From: Zygnema circumcarinatum SAG 698-1b
Lineage: Eukaryota; Plantae; Zygnematophyceae
Direction: 5' to 3'
Length of the DNA stretch: 64,000 nucleotides
NCBI GenBank assembly: GCA_037447605.1
Contig: CM074820.1
Location: 1,984,001-2,048,000, forward strand
Part shown: in pieces, positions 53,101 through 64,000 of the stretch
Numbering within the stretch: position 1 is the first letter of the stretch
How the letters are laid out: each line of letters starts with the position of its first letter
The notes under the pieces: generated by a model
The model's database searches: none
The model's input: only the letters and a program-made list of their open reading frames with translations
Told to the model about the DNA's origin: nothing
Translations under genes and position numbers: made by a program

Positions 53101-54604
53101 AATGGATGTAACCTCTTGCAAGTTGACTTCCGCTTCCTTTATGTTGAAACTCCAAATCGCTCCATCACCACAAACAGCTCCTTTGTTCCCGATGGGACAT
53201 TCCTCACATTCCACCAAATCTCAAGTGATGGGGGCTACTTGGAAACTCCGGTTGCCAGTCAACATGTGTTGATTCAACCAGGGGAGCGGATGGATTTTAT
53301 CGTCGACTTTGAAAAGTTAAAGGCGGGGAGTGTCGTTTACCTTGTTAGAGATAATCACGGGGCGTTCTCTATGCTTATGTCTTTCAATGTGGGGGAGACC
53401 ATACTTGAAACATCTCCTATTCCTGCTATACTCAACAATATCAGTCTGCCAGAGCCGCATGTGCACGTGAAAGAACGACTTCTCAAAATCATACCCTTCG
53501 TCATGGAGCGAACAGGTGATGAAGATTCACCACAAGGGCAACCGATCATCGTCCCCGAGGAAATCATGACAACTGTTTCCGGACTAAAGTATCAGGACAA
53601 TGCAACTGAAATCGTTTCCGTGGTGAGTGGCTCCTCTCACACACTAATTTTCAGTTTCCTGCAGCTACTTTTATGCATAGAAAGGGAGCTTCTCGTTCAA
53701 CGTGAGCCGTGTCACCAGGCCCTTCATCAGAGCGTTTCACTTCACATCATCCAACCCTCTTACCCGTTACTCCCGCCGTCTCTCACTGATAATCTTGAAA
53801 AACCCAATATTCACGGTGCAGGGAGACATGGAAATCTGGAACATCATTAATTATACTCCGTCTGAGCACTCCATCCATCTCCATGTAGTAAAATTTCGCA
53901 TTCTGAGCCGTCAACAGTTTGACGTAAAACTTTCTACGGCGGGGGGCTGCGGCTTCAAAGTAGGGAGCACTCCCTGCTTCAATGGGACTCAGAAGGAGCC
54001 CGAACTCAACGAGCATGGGTGGAAAGACACAGCGCTGGCAAATGGTTTTTCGGTCCTGCGGATCCTAGTTCGCTTTCTCCCGCAGGTAATAAAATACCAC
54101 TCTCCATCCCTCCCCCTCCCCCACCCCCTCCCCCTCCCCATCCCCCTCCCCCACCCCCTCCCCCTCCCCCTCCCCCTCCCCCCCCTCCCCCTCCCCCCCC
54201 TCCCCCTCCCCCTCCCCTCCCCCTCCCCTCCCCTCCCCCTCTCCCTCCCACCTCCCCCTCCCCCTCCCCCTCCCCCTCCCCCTCCCCCTCCCCCTCCCCC
54301 TCCCCCTCCCCCTCCCCCTCCCCTCCCCTCCCCCTCCCCCCCGTCACCCTCTTTCCCTCTATGTCCCCTTCCCCCTCCCTCCCTTCCTACCCCCTACCCC
54401 TCCCCTTTTCTCTAAATGTGCTCTCACATCTGTCTTCAGGACGGAAATCCCTTTCCGTTTGACGTAACGGCGAAGCCGGGCTATGTGTGGCACTGCCACA
54501 TGCATAACCACGAGGACTACGCCATGATGCGCCCCCTCATATTCAAGCAGCACCGCGACGGGGAGCTGGCGACCTCCCCGCAGCCTCTAACTACCACGAC
54601 GTAA
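50128..54604 (+). CDS. LPR: LPR1/CotA-type three-domain multicopper oxidase
   Basis: Signal-like N-terminus; KFHRDLPPT...TPGPTIEA; HLHGG; LWYHDH; [19 protein letters not shown]; HSIHLH; [17 protein letters not shown]. All four Cu-binding motifs are present. Start could be 50128 or 50152. Confidence 0.93.
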
Positions 54605-55833
54605 AACTGAGTTTTTTGTCAAAAACTAGAAGCCAGCTTGTAGGACCTCGGACTGTAAAAAAAAGAGGGGGGGAAGAAATGTATTAGCTTAGCTTATTTT
54701 GTGAGAAGATGATTGTGTTGTAGGGACAAAGGCCTATCTATCACATATCCAGAAAATGGAAAAAGAAAAATGGGAAAACCGTACTACCAGTAGGTTTGAA
54801 CTTTGAACTTTTTATTGCAATTGTTCAAAGTTCAAATGGAAAGGTCTCATTTGAACTTTGAACACTCGAAATGAATAGTTTTCCAAATTGAACAATGTAA
54901 AATCAAAGTTCAATTGCTCAAAGTCTCAATCTGTTCGGCTACGCGTGCTGATTCCACTTTTGCCACGTAGGATTCAGGCTATCTGAGAGATTTGCTTAAC
55001 GCCTTTTGCGCCAGATCAACGATTTTCATACGGTACAGAAACTAAAACTGGCAAAAGTTGAACGCGCGTGTGCCAGGATTTACGCGCTTTGCGATTGCCA
55101 TGATCTCATTGTTGAGTAGTGGATGCAATGTAAATTGAAATTGAACACGACCGAGAGTTCATTGTTCAATGGTCGGTCGGTTTCGTATTGGATACTCATT
55201 TGAAAAAGGACCTTTGTTTTAAAAAAAAAAAAAGGAAAATGCTACTGCGCCCCCTATTTTGGCTTTCGCACCCCCCTTTTTGAAAATTTTGAATGACCAT
55301 TTTCGTTATCCCACCCCGTTTTGGATACCCCCCCCCCCTTTTTTGGACATTCCACCCCCCTGTTTTGAATATTTCGGGAGGGAATCTTCCCCTCCCCTCC
55401 CCTGCCCTGCCCTGCCCTCCCCTCTTTTTCTTTCTTTTTTTGTTTTTTTACTAAATAGGATTGTGTGTGAACAGATTCGGTACATTTCCAGTCCATTCGG
55501 AGTGTGCACACGACATTTGCAGTCTGAACAGGGGGCAAAAAATCCACGCCCGAGACATCATACGGATGGGAAGGTACAATCATACGGACAAGTCGAACGG
55601 ACATCCACACTTTCAATACCCCTTACAGTCGAAAGACGAGTTTTTTTTATTTTTCTTTATTACAAATCAAGGCCCCCAAAAATTTAAGCTTCACGCACTT
55701 TATTCCCCCCCTCCTCCGTCAAAGTGATTTTCTATACATGGACGACTATGCGTTCACCGAGTCTTACTTTAAAAGCCCCACTAAACTTCGATAACGGGGT
55801 TTGTAGGGTTTTGGGGGTTTAGGGTTTTAGGAT

Positions 55834-58800
55834 TTAGCCGTAGAGCTTAATCCGTGCCGTAATCGGTGATCGGCAAATTGGGCAAATACTTAAACTCTTC
55901 CCGCAGTCAACGCAGGTCTGCGCCAAGACCAGAGAGCAGCAGAGAGAGAATCGTCAGGTGATGGACAGACCTTCCGAAAAAAGCCTTCTTGGTAAGAGTG
56001 TGCGTGTATGTGAGAGAGGGGGGGGAGGGGAAACGGGGAGGGCGAGGGGGATGGGCAGGGCGAGGGAGACAGGGAGGGGAAAGGGAAAGGGAGGGGGAGA
56101 GGGAGGAGTAGAGGGAGGGAGAAAGCGAGAAGTAGGGAGAATGAGAAAGAGCGAGGGGGTGAAGTGCGAGAGGGAGGGAAAATTGAGGGGGAGGGGGAGG
56201 GGGAGGGAGAGGGAGAGGAGAGGAGAGAGACGAGAGTGAGAGAGTGGAAGGGAGAAAGCGGGAGAGAATCAAGAGTACGACAGAGAGAGCAAGGAGAGAG
56301 AAGGAGAGGGCGGGATCAGGAGTGTGTGAGAGAGAGAGAGGACCGAGAGAGAAAGGGACAGCGAGAGAGTGAGTATCCATACCTGATGCCCGCATTGGAA
56401 TGCCATGTTCTTCACATTGCTAATGCAGATGGGGCAGAGCCGCGCATCCTCCTGCATGGGCGGAGCCGTGGGAGGGGGCGGCGCGGAGGGGAAGGACTGG
56501 TCGCCGACGGCCGCCATGACGGAGGGAGGGAGAGGGAGAGCCTCTCGGGGAGGCAAGCGGCCCGCGCGGCGACTGCAGGAGAGAGTGGGGAGGGGGGAGG
56601 GCGTCCCATGTGGGAGAGAGGGAGGGAGTTTAGTAAACGGAGTTACGATAAAATGGGGAACAAGGATAGGGTGAGCTGGCGGGAGGAAGGGGGAAGGGGG
56701 GAGGGGGGAGGGGGGAGGGAAGAGGGTGATGAGGGGAGAGGGGAGACGGCGAGGAGAGAGGGGAAAGGGAAGAGAGGAGAGCGGGGGGGGGGTAGAGGGG
56801 ATAAGGGGGGGCGAGACGGAAGAGAAGAGAGGGAGAGGGGAAATTGGTGGGAGGGGAGAGGGGTGGGGTGGGGGGAGGGGGGAAGGGGGGGAAGGGAGGG
56901 AGTGAGTGCGAGAGAGACAGGTCAACGGGAGGTGAAGAGTAATCACTTTCCGCGAGAAAGAGGGAAAGAGAGAGAGGAAGTGAGGGGGTGATGAAGGAAG
57001 AGGAGTAGAGTAGTTACCCGATGTAGCCGAGCTCTTGGCAGGCTTTGAACTGCTCCGGAATCTCCATGAGCGCTGCGAGAGCAAACTGAGCCTCCTTCTT
57101 CTCCTCCGACATTTGCCTCAACATTATCGACGAGAAATCCACAAACTGCACATAACCGTAGAAATCAAAAGAAGCAAACAAATAAATAAAGCAAACTAAA
57201 TTTTGAGTAAAGAAGTCAATAATGAATTAACAAAGTACCATTCGGTGTGAGTGTAACCCGAAACTCAAACCCAGATTAGCGGCTGATGTTCATCCTACTA
57301 ATTGTGAAAAAAAGGCCCAAAACGAAAAAAAAAAAAAAAAAAAAAAAANNNNNNNNNNAAAAAAAAAAAAAAAAAAAAAACAGGAAACAAAGTAAGAATG
57401 GAAACCCCGAATGAAAACAGGCCTGACATTTGTCCAAGAATTGCAAGTAGAAGACTAAATTAACACGATAATAATAAACATTAATAATAATAGGGGGAGT
57501 CAGACATTGACGATGGCCGTACTAAATTCCCAAATTTAGTATACTAAAAGTCAAAGTTTCGTGTACGAATTCCGGGTCGGGATCCGCGCCTCCGCCGAAC
57601 CCAGCCGTACCGAAATGCGTACCTAGCCAATGCTTAATTCGCCCGACAAGCTTACTAATTTTGATTTGGCCATGGTCAATGTCTGACCTCCCCTAATACT
57701 AACAAAAAAAACCCATCAAAGGAAAGGCTTTCAGTTTCAGTTACCTGAAAATTGTCGAAATTTCGGTTCGGAATATTGTCATCAAAAGTCCGCATTGTAT
57801 CCCACGGCCCGTCGCCCACCCCCACCATCACTATGGATAAGGCATAGTTGCTGAATAAAACGGAGAAAGAAACGGAAAGAGAACACAGAAACCCAACCCC
57901 AAAAAAAGACCAGCTTTGAAATGAAGATGGAGGGGGTCTTCATTGTGTACAAAAAAAACCCAAAAAAATCAAACCTGAAAATTGTCGAAATTCCGTCCCC
58001 TCAAAAGGTTGTCAAAGTGCAGCATGGCATCCCAGGGCCCATCTCCCACCCCCACCAGCACGATAGAGAGGGCGTAATTGCTGCAAAAAAATTACCAAAC
58101 TGGACCCTAAAATACCGAACAACTTTTTACCAAACAAACAAACAAACGACCTTAGATACATCATTTTGATGTCAGGAAGGAACAAAAGGAAAAAATAAGG
58201 CCGGCTTTATAGTGTAAGGTTCAGGGTCTAGGGTTCAGTGTTTAGAGGTTAGGGTTAGATTGTAAGGTTTTACCTCGCCGCTGTGATGGCATCTACAGTC
58301 GCTTTCTCTTGAGGACTTAACACTCCCGGTGCCATATCTGAACTCCTCGTCACCTGCAAAAAAAAAAAAATTGCAAATATCGAAAAAAATGGTAAATACT
58401 TAACTTCTTCATAAAGCAGCGCGAAACAAAGGCCAGCTTTTTCCTTCTACCTCCTCCTTCTTCGCTCCCGTACTTCTCCATCCTAACCTCCATCCCTCCC
58501 TCCCCTTCCCTCCCGGTCTCTCCCGCTCTCCTCCTCGCGCTTCCTCACTCTCTACCCCTCCCTCTTATACCTCCACCTCTCTCTCCCTCCCCCCTGTCTC
58601 GCGCTTCTCACTCTTTTCCCTTCCCTCTCCTCTATCAAGTCCCCATCTCCCTCCTGCCTCCCTCCCTGTCTCCTTTCCCTGTCCCTCTCTCCCTCCCTTC
58701 TCCATCTCGCTCCCCTTCCCACCACGCTCTCTTCCCCCAAACTCCCTCCTCTTCCTCTCCCTTCCCCCTCCCTCTTTTTCCCTCGCCCCCTCCCCTTCAC

Positions 58801-59730
58801 CCACTCCCTCCCCCCTCCCGCTCTTTCCATCTCCCTCCCTTGCCCTCCACCCTCGCTCCCCCCCGCCTCCCCTCTCCCTCCTCCCGTCCCTCTCTCCCCC
58901 CGCCCTCCCTTTTCTTCCCCCCCCTCGCCCTTCCTCGCCGCCTCCCCTCTCACTTCCCTCGAAAACCTTCCTCCCCTTCCCCTTCCCCGCTCCCGTCCCT
59001 TCCCCCTCTCCCCCTCTCCCTCACTCTCTCCTCCCCATCTCCCACTCTCTGTCCCCTTCCCCCTCCCTCTCTTCCGTCTCCCGCTCTTTCTCCTTCCCCT
59101 CCCCCTCCCCCTCCCGCTCTTACTCCTCCCCCACTTCTCTCCCCTCCCTCCCATTCCACCTCTCAGGCTCCCTCACACTCTCCTCCCCCCCCTCTGTCTC
59201 CCTCCTCCCCCCTCCCCTCTCCTCCCTTCCCCCTCCCTTTCCCTCCTTCACGTCTCTCACCTGTCCATCTGCAATGATGAGCAGCACATGATACATTCCG
59301 CCGCTCTGCTCCACAATGCGAACTGCCGCCTCCACAATTGGCGCAAAGGATGTGGGCCCTGCAAAATACGAAAATAACAAAAAAAGAAAATACAAATATG
59401 TCAGAGAAACTAATTAGATCGAATTAGACAGTAACTGAACTGACAAAAGACAGACCCACCCTTTGTTAACTAATCGGTTGAGAGTGTGAGGGAGTAGACC
59501 TGCCGCTTGAATAACATTTTTAGTCAACATGGAAAAGTTAGCAATCTAGGCATTATTTCAATAACAAACGACAGTTTAGGCAAAAAAACAAACAATACCT
59601 GCAAGTCGCACGTGCGGAGCGATTTGTCGATATCGATACAACGCTTCATTGAACCCATTGCAGGGCCGCCCGCCATTATAAAAGTGAAACGAATACTGAT
59701 CATGTGTTGTGACTGTAAGAGAGACAGAGG

Positions 59731-59763
<33 letters not shown>

Positions 59764-61546
59764 GCCGAGGGAGCAGAAAACCACACCAGAATACAATAAA
59801 TCATTACAACCTCAGAAATGAGAAACCTTAAAGCCCCCCCCCCCCCCCCCNNNNNNNNNNCCCCCCCCCCCCCCCCACAAAAAATCCTAGAAACAGATAT
59901 CGTAATCCGTAATATCGTAATCGTAATTATATATTAGTAATAGCTTCAGTAAAGAAGAATTTCAGGAGACCAAACCCTAACGTTACACTTCAACCTGCAC
60001 TCTACTTTTTCAGCTTCAAATTTTCCTTACCATCTCCAAAGCCGAAGCAGGGAATGAGCTGGTCATCATCAAAGGAAGAGAGGGTTCTTCCGATGATGCT
60101 GATGGCCTGCTCGTACGGATTTGGGACACTGGAAATTGCGTGGAGGCTTTTCCCTCCAAATGTGCGCTTTCCTGTAAATAAAAAAGGGGAAGGAATAAAA
60201 TTAAAGAGAAACAAATGAAATTAGGTGAAGGTTAGGAGGGGAAAAGGAAGGGAGGAGAGGAAGGAGAAGAGAGAAGACGGGGCGGAGAGGAGAAAAAGGA
60301 GGAAGGGGGGGAGGAAGGAGAAGGGGAAAGGAAGGGAGAAGGAGGTGGGAGGAGGGGAAATGCGGGAAGTGGGAGGGGAGCAGGGGTGGGGGTGAGGAGG
60401 TGGTGGAGATGAGAAGGTAGGAGGAAGGACGAGGAGAGAGGAGGATAAGTGGAGGAAGGAGACACTGAAAAACAAAATCAACTATGCTGTAATCATGTTG
60501 CAGCATTTCTATGATTTGTTGTACAGAAACATACCGCTCCATTCGTTGCTCTTTGTAAAGTCTATTCCAACAATGAGATTGCTTGATTCAAGTCCTGCAC
60601 TTCGAAGAGCATCTTGCACCTGCAAGACAGAATTATGGTTACTTAACTAAGGAGGGCTATTAGACTTGGACTTGGATTGGAAAAGGGAAAGGTAGATTCA
60701 GGCCTCGCAAAAAGTTAGAAACTAAGGTGATTGAAAGGACTGAGTTGAAAAAAATTATGTTCAGAAAGAAGGCAAGGCATACTGTTGCAAGAAGACAACA
60801 ATAGGAAATAAGGAAATATGAACCTCCTTCGCCATCGAAAGCACTACTGCATAATCGTTCAAAAGAAAGTGCAGAAATTGATGATAAAATATTAAACAAC
60901 AGAGTGAGAACATAGTACGATAAAGAAATTTGAAAATATGGCACTTTCTGGAATCTGAAGGAGCGCTTTAACTCTCAGAATTTGCATAAAAGAATTCGGA
61001 ATGCGTAACAGCATAAACTCTTCGAGTTTTAGCAAAAGTCAGGGGTAGGCTAAGTGTCGGGGGTTAAAAAATTAACTCATGGTTTTCACTTGAGTCAAGA
61101 GCAAACATTAGAATCAAGAAAAAGGTTAGGCTTGAAGGAATCAGGTTTAGGGTCAAGGCTAGGGTTATGCTCGAGGGTAGAGTTAAGGTACGAATGAAGT
61201 AAGAGCTTCCATTTGGCTTAGAGTTCAAGTTGGTCGAGGTTAGGACTAGGGCTAGGGCTAGGGCTAGGGCTAGGATTAGGCTAAGAACTAGGGCTACGGC
61301 GAGGGTTAGGGTTAGGGTTAGGGTTACGGTTGACGTTAGGGTTAGGGTTGAGGGCGGTGCCTGGTCGAGGGTGGAGAAGCTGTCGGGGATGAAGTCGTAC
61401 TTCCGCGCGAAGCGCTGCGTGAGGCTGCCGGCCGGCGCCTGCAGCGAGGACCGCGGGGGCCCGGAGGGGCGCGCGGTCGGGGTAGAGCTGCTGCTGCCCA
61501 TGGGAGGAAGGGTGGGAGGGAGGGAGGAGGAACTGCTGTTGCCCAT
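55834..61546 (-). CDS. RGLG: RGLG E3 ubiquitin ligase (N-myristoylation motif, vWA/copine domain, C-terminal RING)
   Basis: MGNSSS start at 61546; [19 protein letters not shown]; IPCFGFGD; [12 protein letters not shown]; VGVGDGPWD; [18 protein letters not shown]|[27 protein letters not shown], with TAA at 55834-55836. Confidence 0.95.
57493..57693 (-). mobile_element. Tourist-like MITE, copy 2, in an RGLG intron
   Basis: TIRs GGGGGAGTCAGACATTGACGATGGCC / GGCCATGGTCAATGTCTGACCTCCCC. The interior matches 10012-10192. Flanks ATA/TAA. Confidence 0.8.
61190..61350 (+). repeat. Telomere-like (TTAGGG/CTAGGG)n array at the start of RGLG intron 1
   Basis: Visible TAGGGC/TAGGGT runs. Confidence 0.8.
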
Positions 61547-62947
61547 GGGAGGGTGGGAGGAACAAAGGGAAAAGGGGGGAAAAGGGAGGGGAAAAGGGAG
61601 GATTGAGGCGAAAGGAGGACAGAAGGGGTAGGCCGGGCCAAGAGCAGAGAGGGAAGAGAGAGCGAGAGGCACAGAGAATATACAATACGGGCGAGAGAAG
61701 AGTTGAAGACTCACGCGAGAGGGAAAAACTCAGAGGATGGAGAGTGCAGGGAGAGGGCACAGCGGGAGAGAGAGGGAGAGAGGGAGAGGGTGAGAAAAGG
61801 AGGGAGAGGAAAACTTTCTAGTCCGCGGCCGGTCAATCTCTCGGCTGCTCTCTCGCGCAAAGCACGCGCTATTCTTGTACTCACTCGCGGAAACGCGTTT
61901 GTCCGTACGTAAATTAGTACGGACATGTATCCACGTCAGCATTTGTCGTACTAGCGCCGCTCCAACGCGGACCTGCCCTGTCAACGGCAGTCAATGGCGG
62001 TCAAACCTGAGAAATTTTGACGTGCCTGCCCGGCGGCGCGGTCAAGCATCAAAAGCATTATCGTACGGTTTGAAAGGACTACCGTACGGTAAGGCATTGC
62101 ACGGATGGTAGGTCTTGTAGTTCCGTGGTTCCCAGTTACAGTTGAAGTTTATGGCCGTTGGCGGAATCATGTAGCAGGCCGTCCCGTGCTTTGTTTCGAG
62201 CTAGCTCCGTTGAAGCCAACGCGTAACGGTGTCAGGCACACAGGACATTGACTTCGGGCAAGCAAGCAGACCGACCTCGGTGGGGAATTTCGGGCCCAGA
62301 TTGCTATTGTGGCCATGAAAGCGTCCCAAAAAAGTCGCTGAAAAAGTGGTGTTCAACACCCTATACCAGTGCGCCATCCGAGGCGTCAGGAAGCCTCAAA
62401 AACTTTAGCTCGGCATCATCAGTGTGTGCGACGGCAAACCTCAAAAAACATGAGGACCAATGCATGCGCTTTCTGTAGAAGAACAGATGAGGGCGGCGCC
62501 ATAACTGCGCTACAATCCCTCAATATAGCAAAATTGGTCCAATGACCAGCTGGCGAGGTAATACCTACCGACGAACGATTACCCAATTGCCTGGTCAGTT
62601 TCGAGTTTCATGATACAAGTCGCTTTCTCGCCTTTGTTAAAGTGGGTTTCAAACAGGAGTTATTGTTGCTGCAGTTTTTCTCTTTAAACGCATAAATTTG
62701 GCCGCAAATCACCGTTTAGATTATGTTGCAGACGGTGCCCATGCACCACCTTCGTAACCAGCAAGAATTTCATCTTTCAAAAAACGCCAACAGCAACAGC
62801 AAGCTTCAGAGCGACAGAAAACTTCAAGACTCGCAGCACTAGACAATGGGCACATTTGAGGGCCGTGCGGGCATACATACACTAGAAGTTTCAAAAAGGA
62901 GGCTTTACATTGTAAAGTTTTTTTTTTCTTTCCCTTTTCCCTTAATG

Positions 62948-64000
62948 CTACACTTGCAGAGCTGCAAGAATTGGGTGAGCGAGACTTAGTACCTCGAAGG
63001 GCCGACGACCCTGCACTGCCTTCACTGTTAAGGGGCACGAATCAGAAATCCAAAAATAAGCAAACCCCGAGTGGGGCCCGTCTGCACAAACACGAGCAGA
63101 GTGCCCAAAAACTAATGAGCAAAATCACTTTAACTTTACTCATTAAAAAGGAACATATATGAATAGAACTCAAAACAAAAAAAGATAATGAAAGTGAAAA
63201 TGACAACCGATAGATTGGTTGAATGCGGATTAGAGAGAGGGCGAGGGAGAGGGCGAGGCCGAGGGAGAGGGAGAGGGCGAGGGAGAGAAGAGAGAGAAAG
63301 AGACGAGCGAGAGAGGAGAAAGAGCGAGGGGAGAAAGAGAGCAAGCCTTAAGCACTTATATGTGCCCTAATGTTGGTTGAATGGGCTTGACTGTATCGAG
63401 GGCTTACCTCCATTGTCGAAGTTGAATCGCTCCCACGAACGCTGTGGGAACACGCCGTGCGTCACGTAAGCACTCACTTTTGAGGCTCCCATGGCTGCCA
63501 ACAGCTTCTGCATATTAAAATCCAGAGGCCAAAAAATAAAATGAAAAAGTTACGAGTGGAACGCACATCGGCACGTGTTAAATTCTTTCAACTTTTCTGT
63601 CGTGGACCTATGACTCATTCACAAAGCATATTCAAAGAGATTTTAATCGATTCTCCAATAAGGAAGGATCACCCTGAAAACCTGAGTAAAAATACTAAAC
63701 GTAAGCTCCAAAAGGAGGCCATAAAATCCCGCAATTTCTGGAAGCTCCCCCAAAACTTGAAAGCCTCCGCTAACAAACCTAAGTAGCCAAAAATCCCTCA
63801 GTTCCTGACAGGGCTCTATAATTTCAATGAGAAAGGTTCAGTAAGAAAGGTTTAAGATAGGCTGACTTAAACAAAAAGGCCATCCCAAGGGGATAGGCTT
63901 CACAATGGCACAAAACCTGTCTTCACAGAGAAGTGGAATTATGAGTTATCACTCACTTGACATTCTATGAGAGTGGATCCTGATTGGACAAGATCATCCA
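62948..64000 (-). CDS. PRS4: Class II ribose-phosphate pyrophosphokinase (PRS3/4-type), last exons; gene continues beyond the window
   Basis: [14 protein letters not shown]| (to ~63956), [28 protein letters not shown], and [15 protein letters not shown]...[17 protein letters not shown] with TAG at 62948-62950. Confidence 0.92.

Noticed and set aside
62248-62478. CYCGH-containing ORF resembling a GRF zinc finger
   Set aside because: The remaining GRF motif residues are absent; insufficient support.

Overview
Eukaryotic green-plant (streptophyte) nuclear DNA. The compact, microsatellite-filled introns suggest a streptophyte alga or non-vascular plant; this is inference only. The window holds 11 supported protein genes: a partial CtpA protease, a plant eIF4B-related protein, a vacuolar sorting receptor, an LRR receptor-like pseudokinase, an intronless bacterial-like alpha/beta hydrolase, plastid ribosomal protein S9, a CDCA7-like zf-4CXXC gene, NKAP/MAS2, two RGLG (vWA/copine) paralogs and an LPR1-like multicopper oxidase. 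It also holds the 3' end of a class II PRPP synthetase, a candidate microprotein gene, one tRNA-Leu(UAG), MITEs, a dispersed repeat family, telomere-like arrays and six 10-N gaps. Most ORF-track entries are low-complexity noise. Highlights: (1) tandem duplicated 106-nt exons in the RING-type RGLG gene that look like mutually exclusive exons; (2) a neighbouring RGLG paralog lacking both the myristoylation Gly and the RING; (3) a CDCA7 gene with a duplicated exon, a ~1-kb intronic GAA/TTC tract and a dual-frame last exon; (4) a G-box-packed bidirectional promoter joining the pseudokinase to a candidate horizontally acquired hydrolase; (5) a CCGTAC minisatellite upstream of the copper oxidase.
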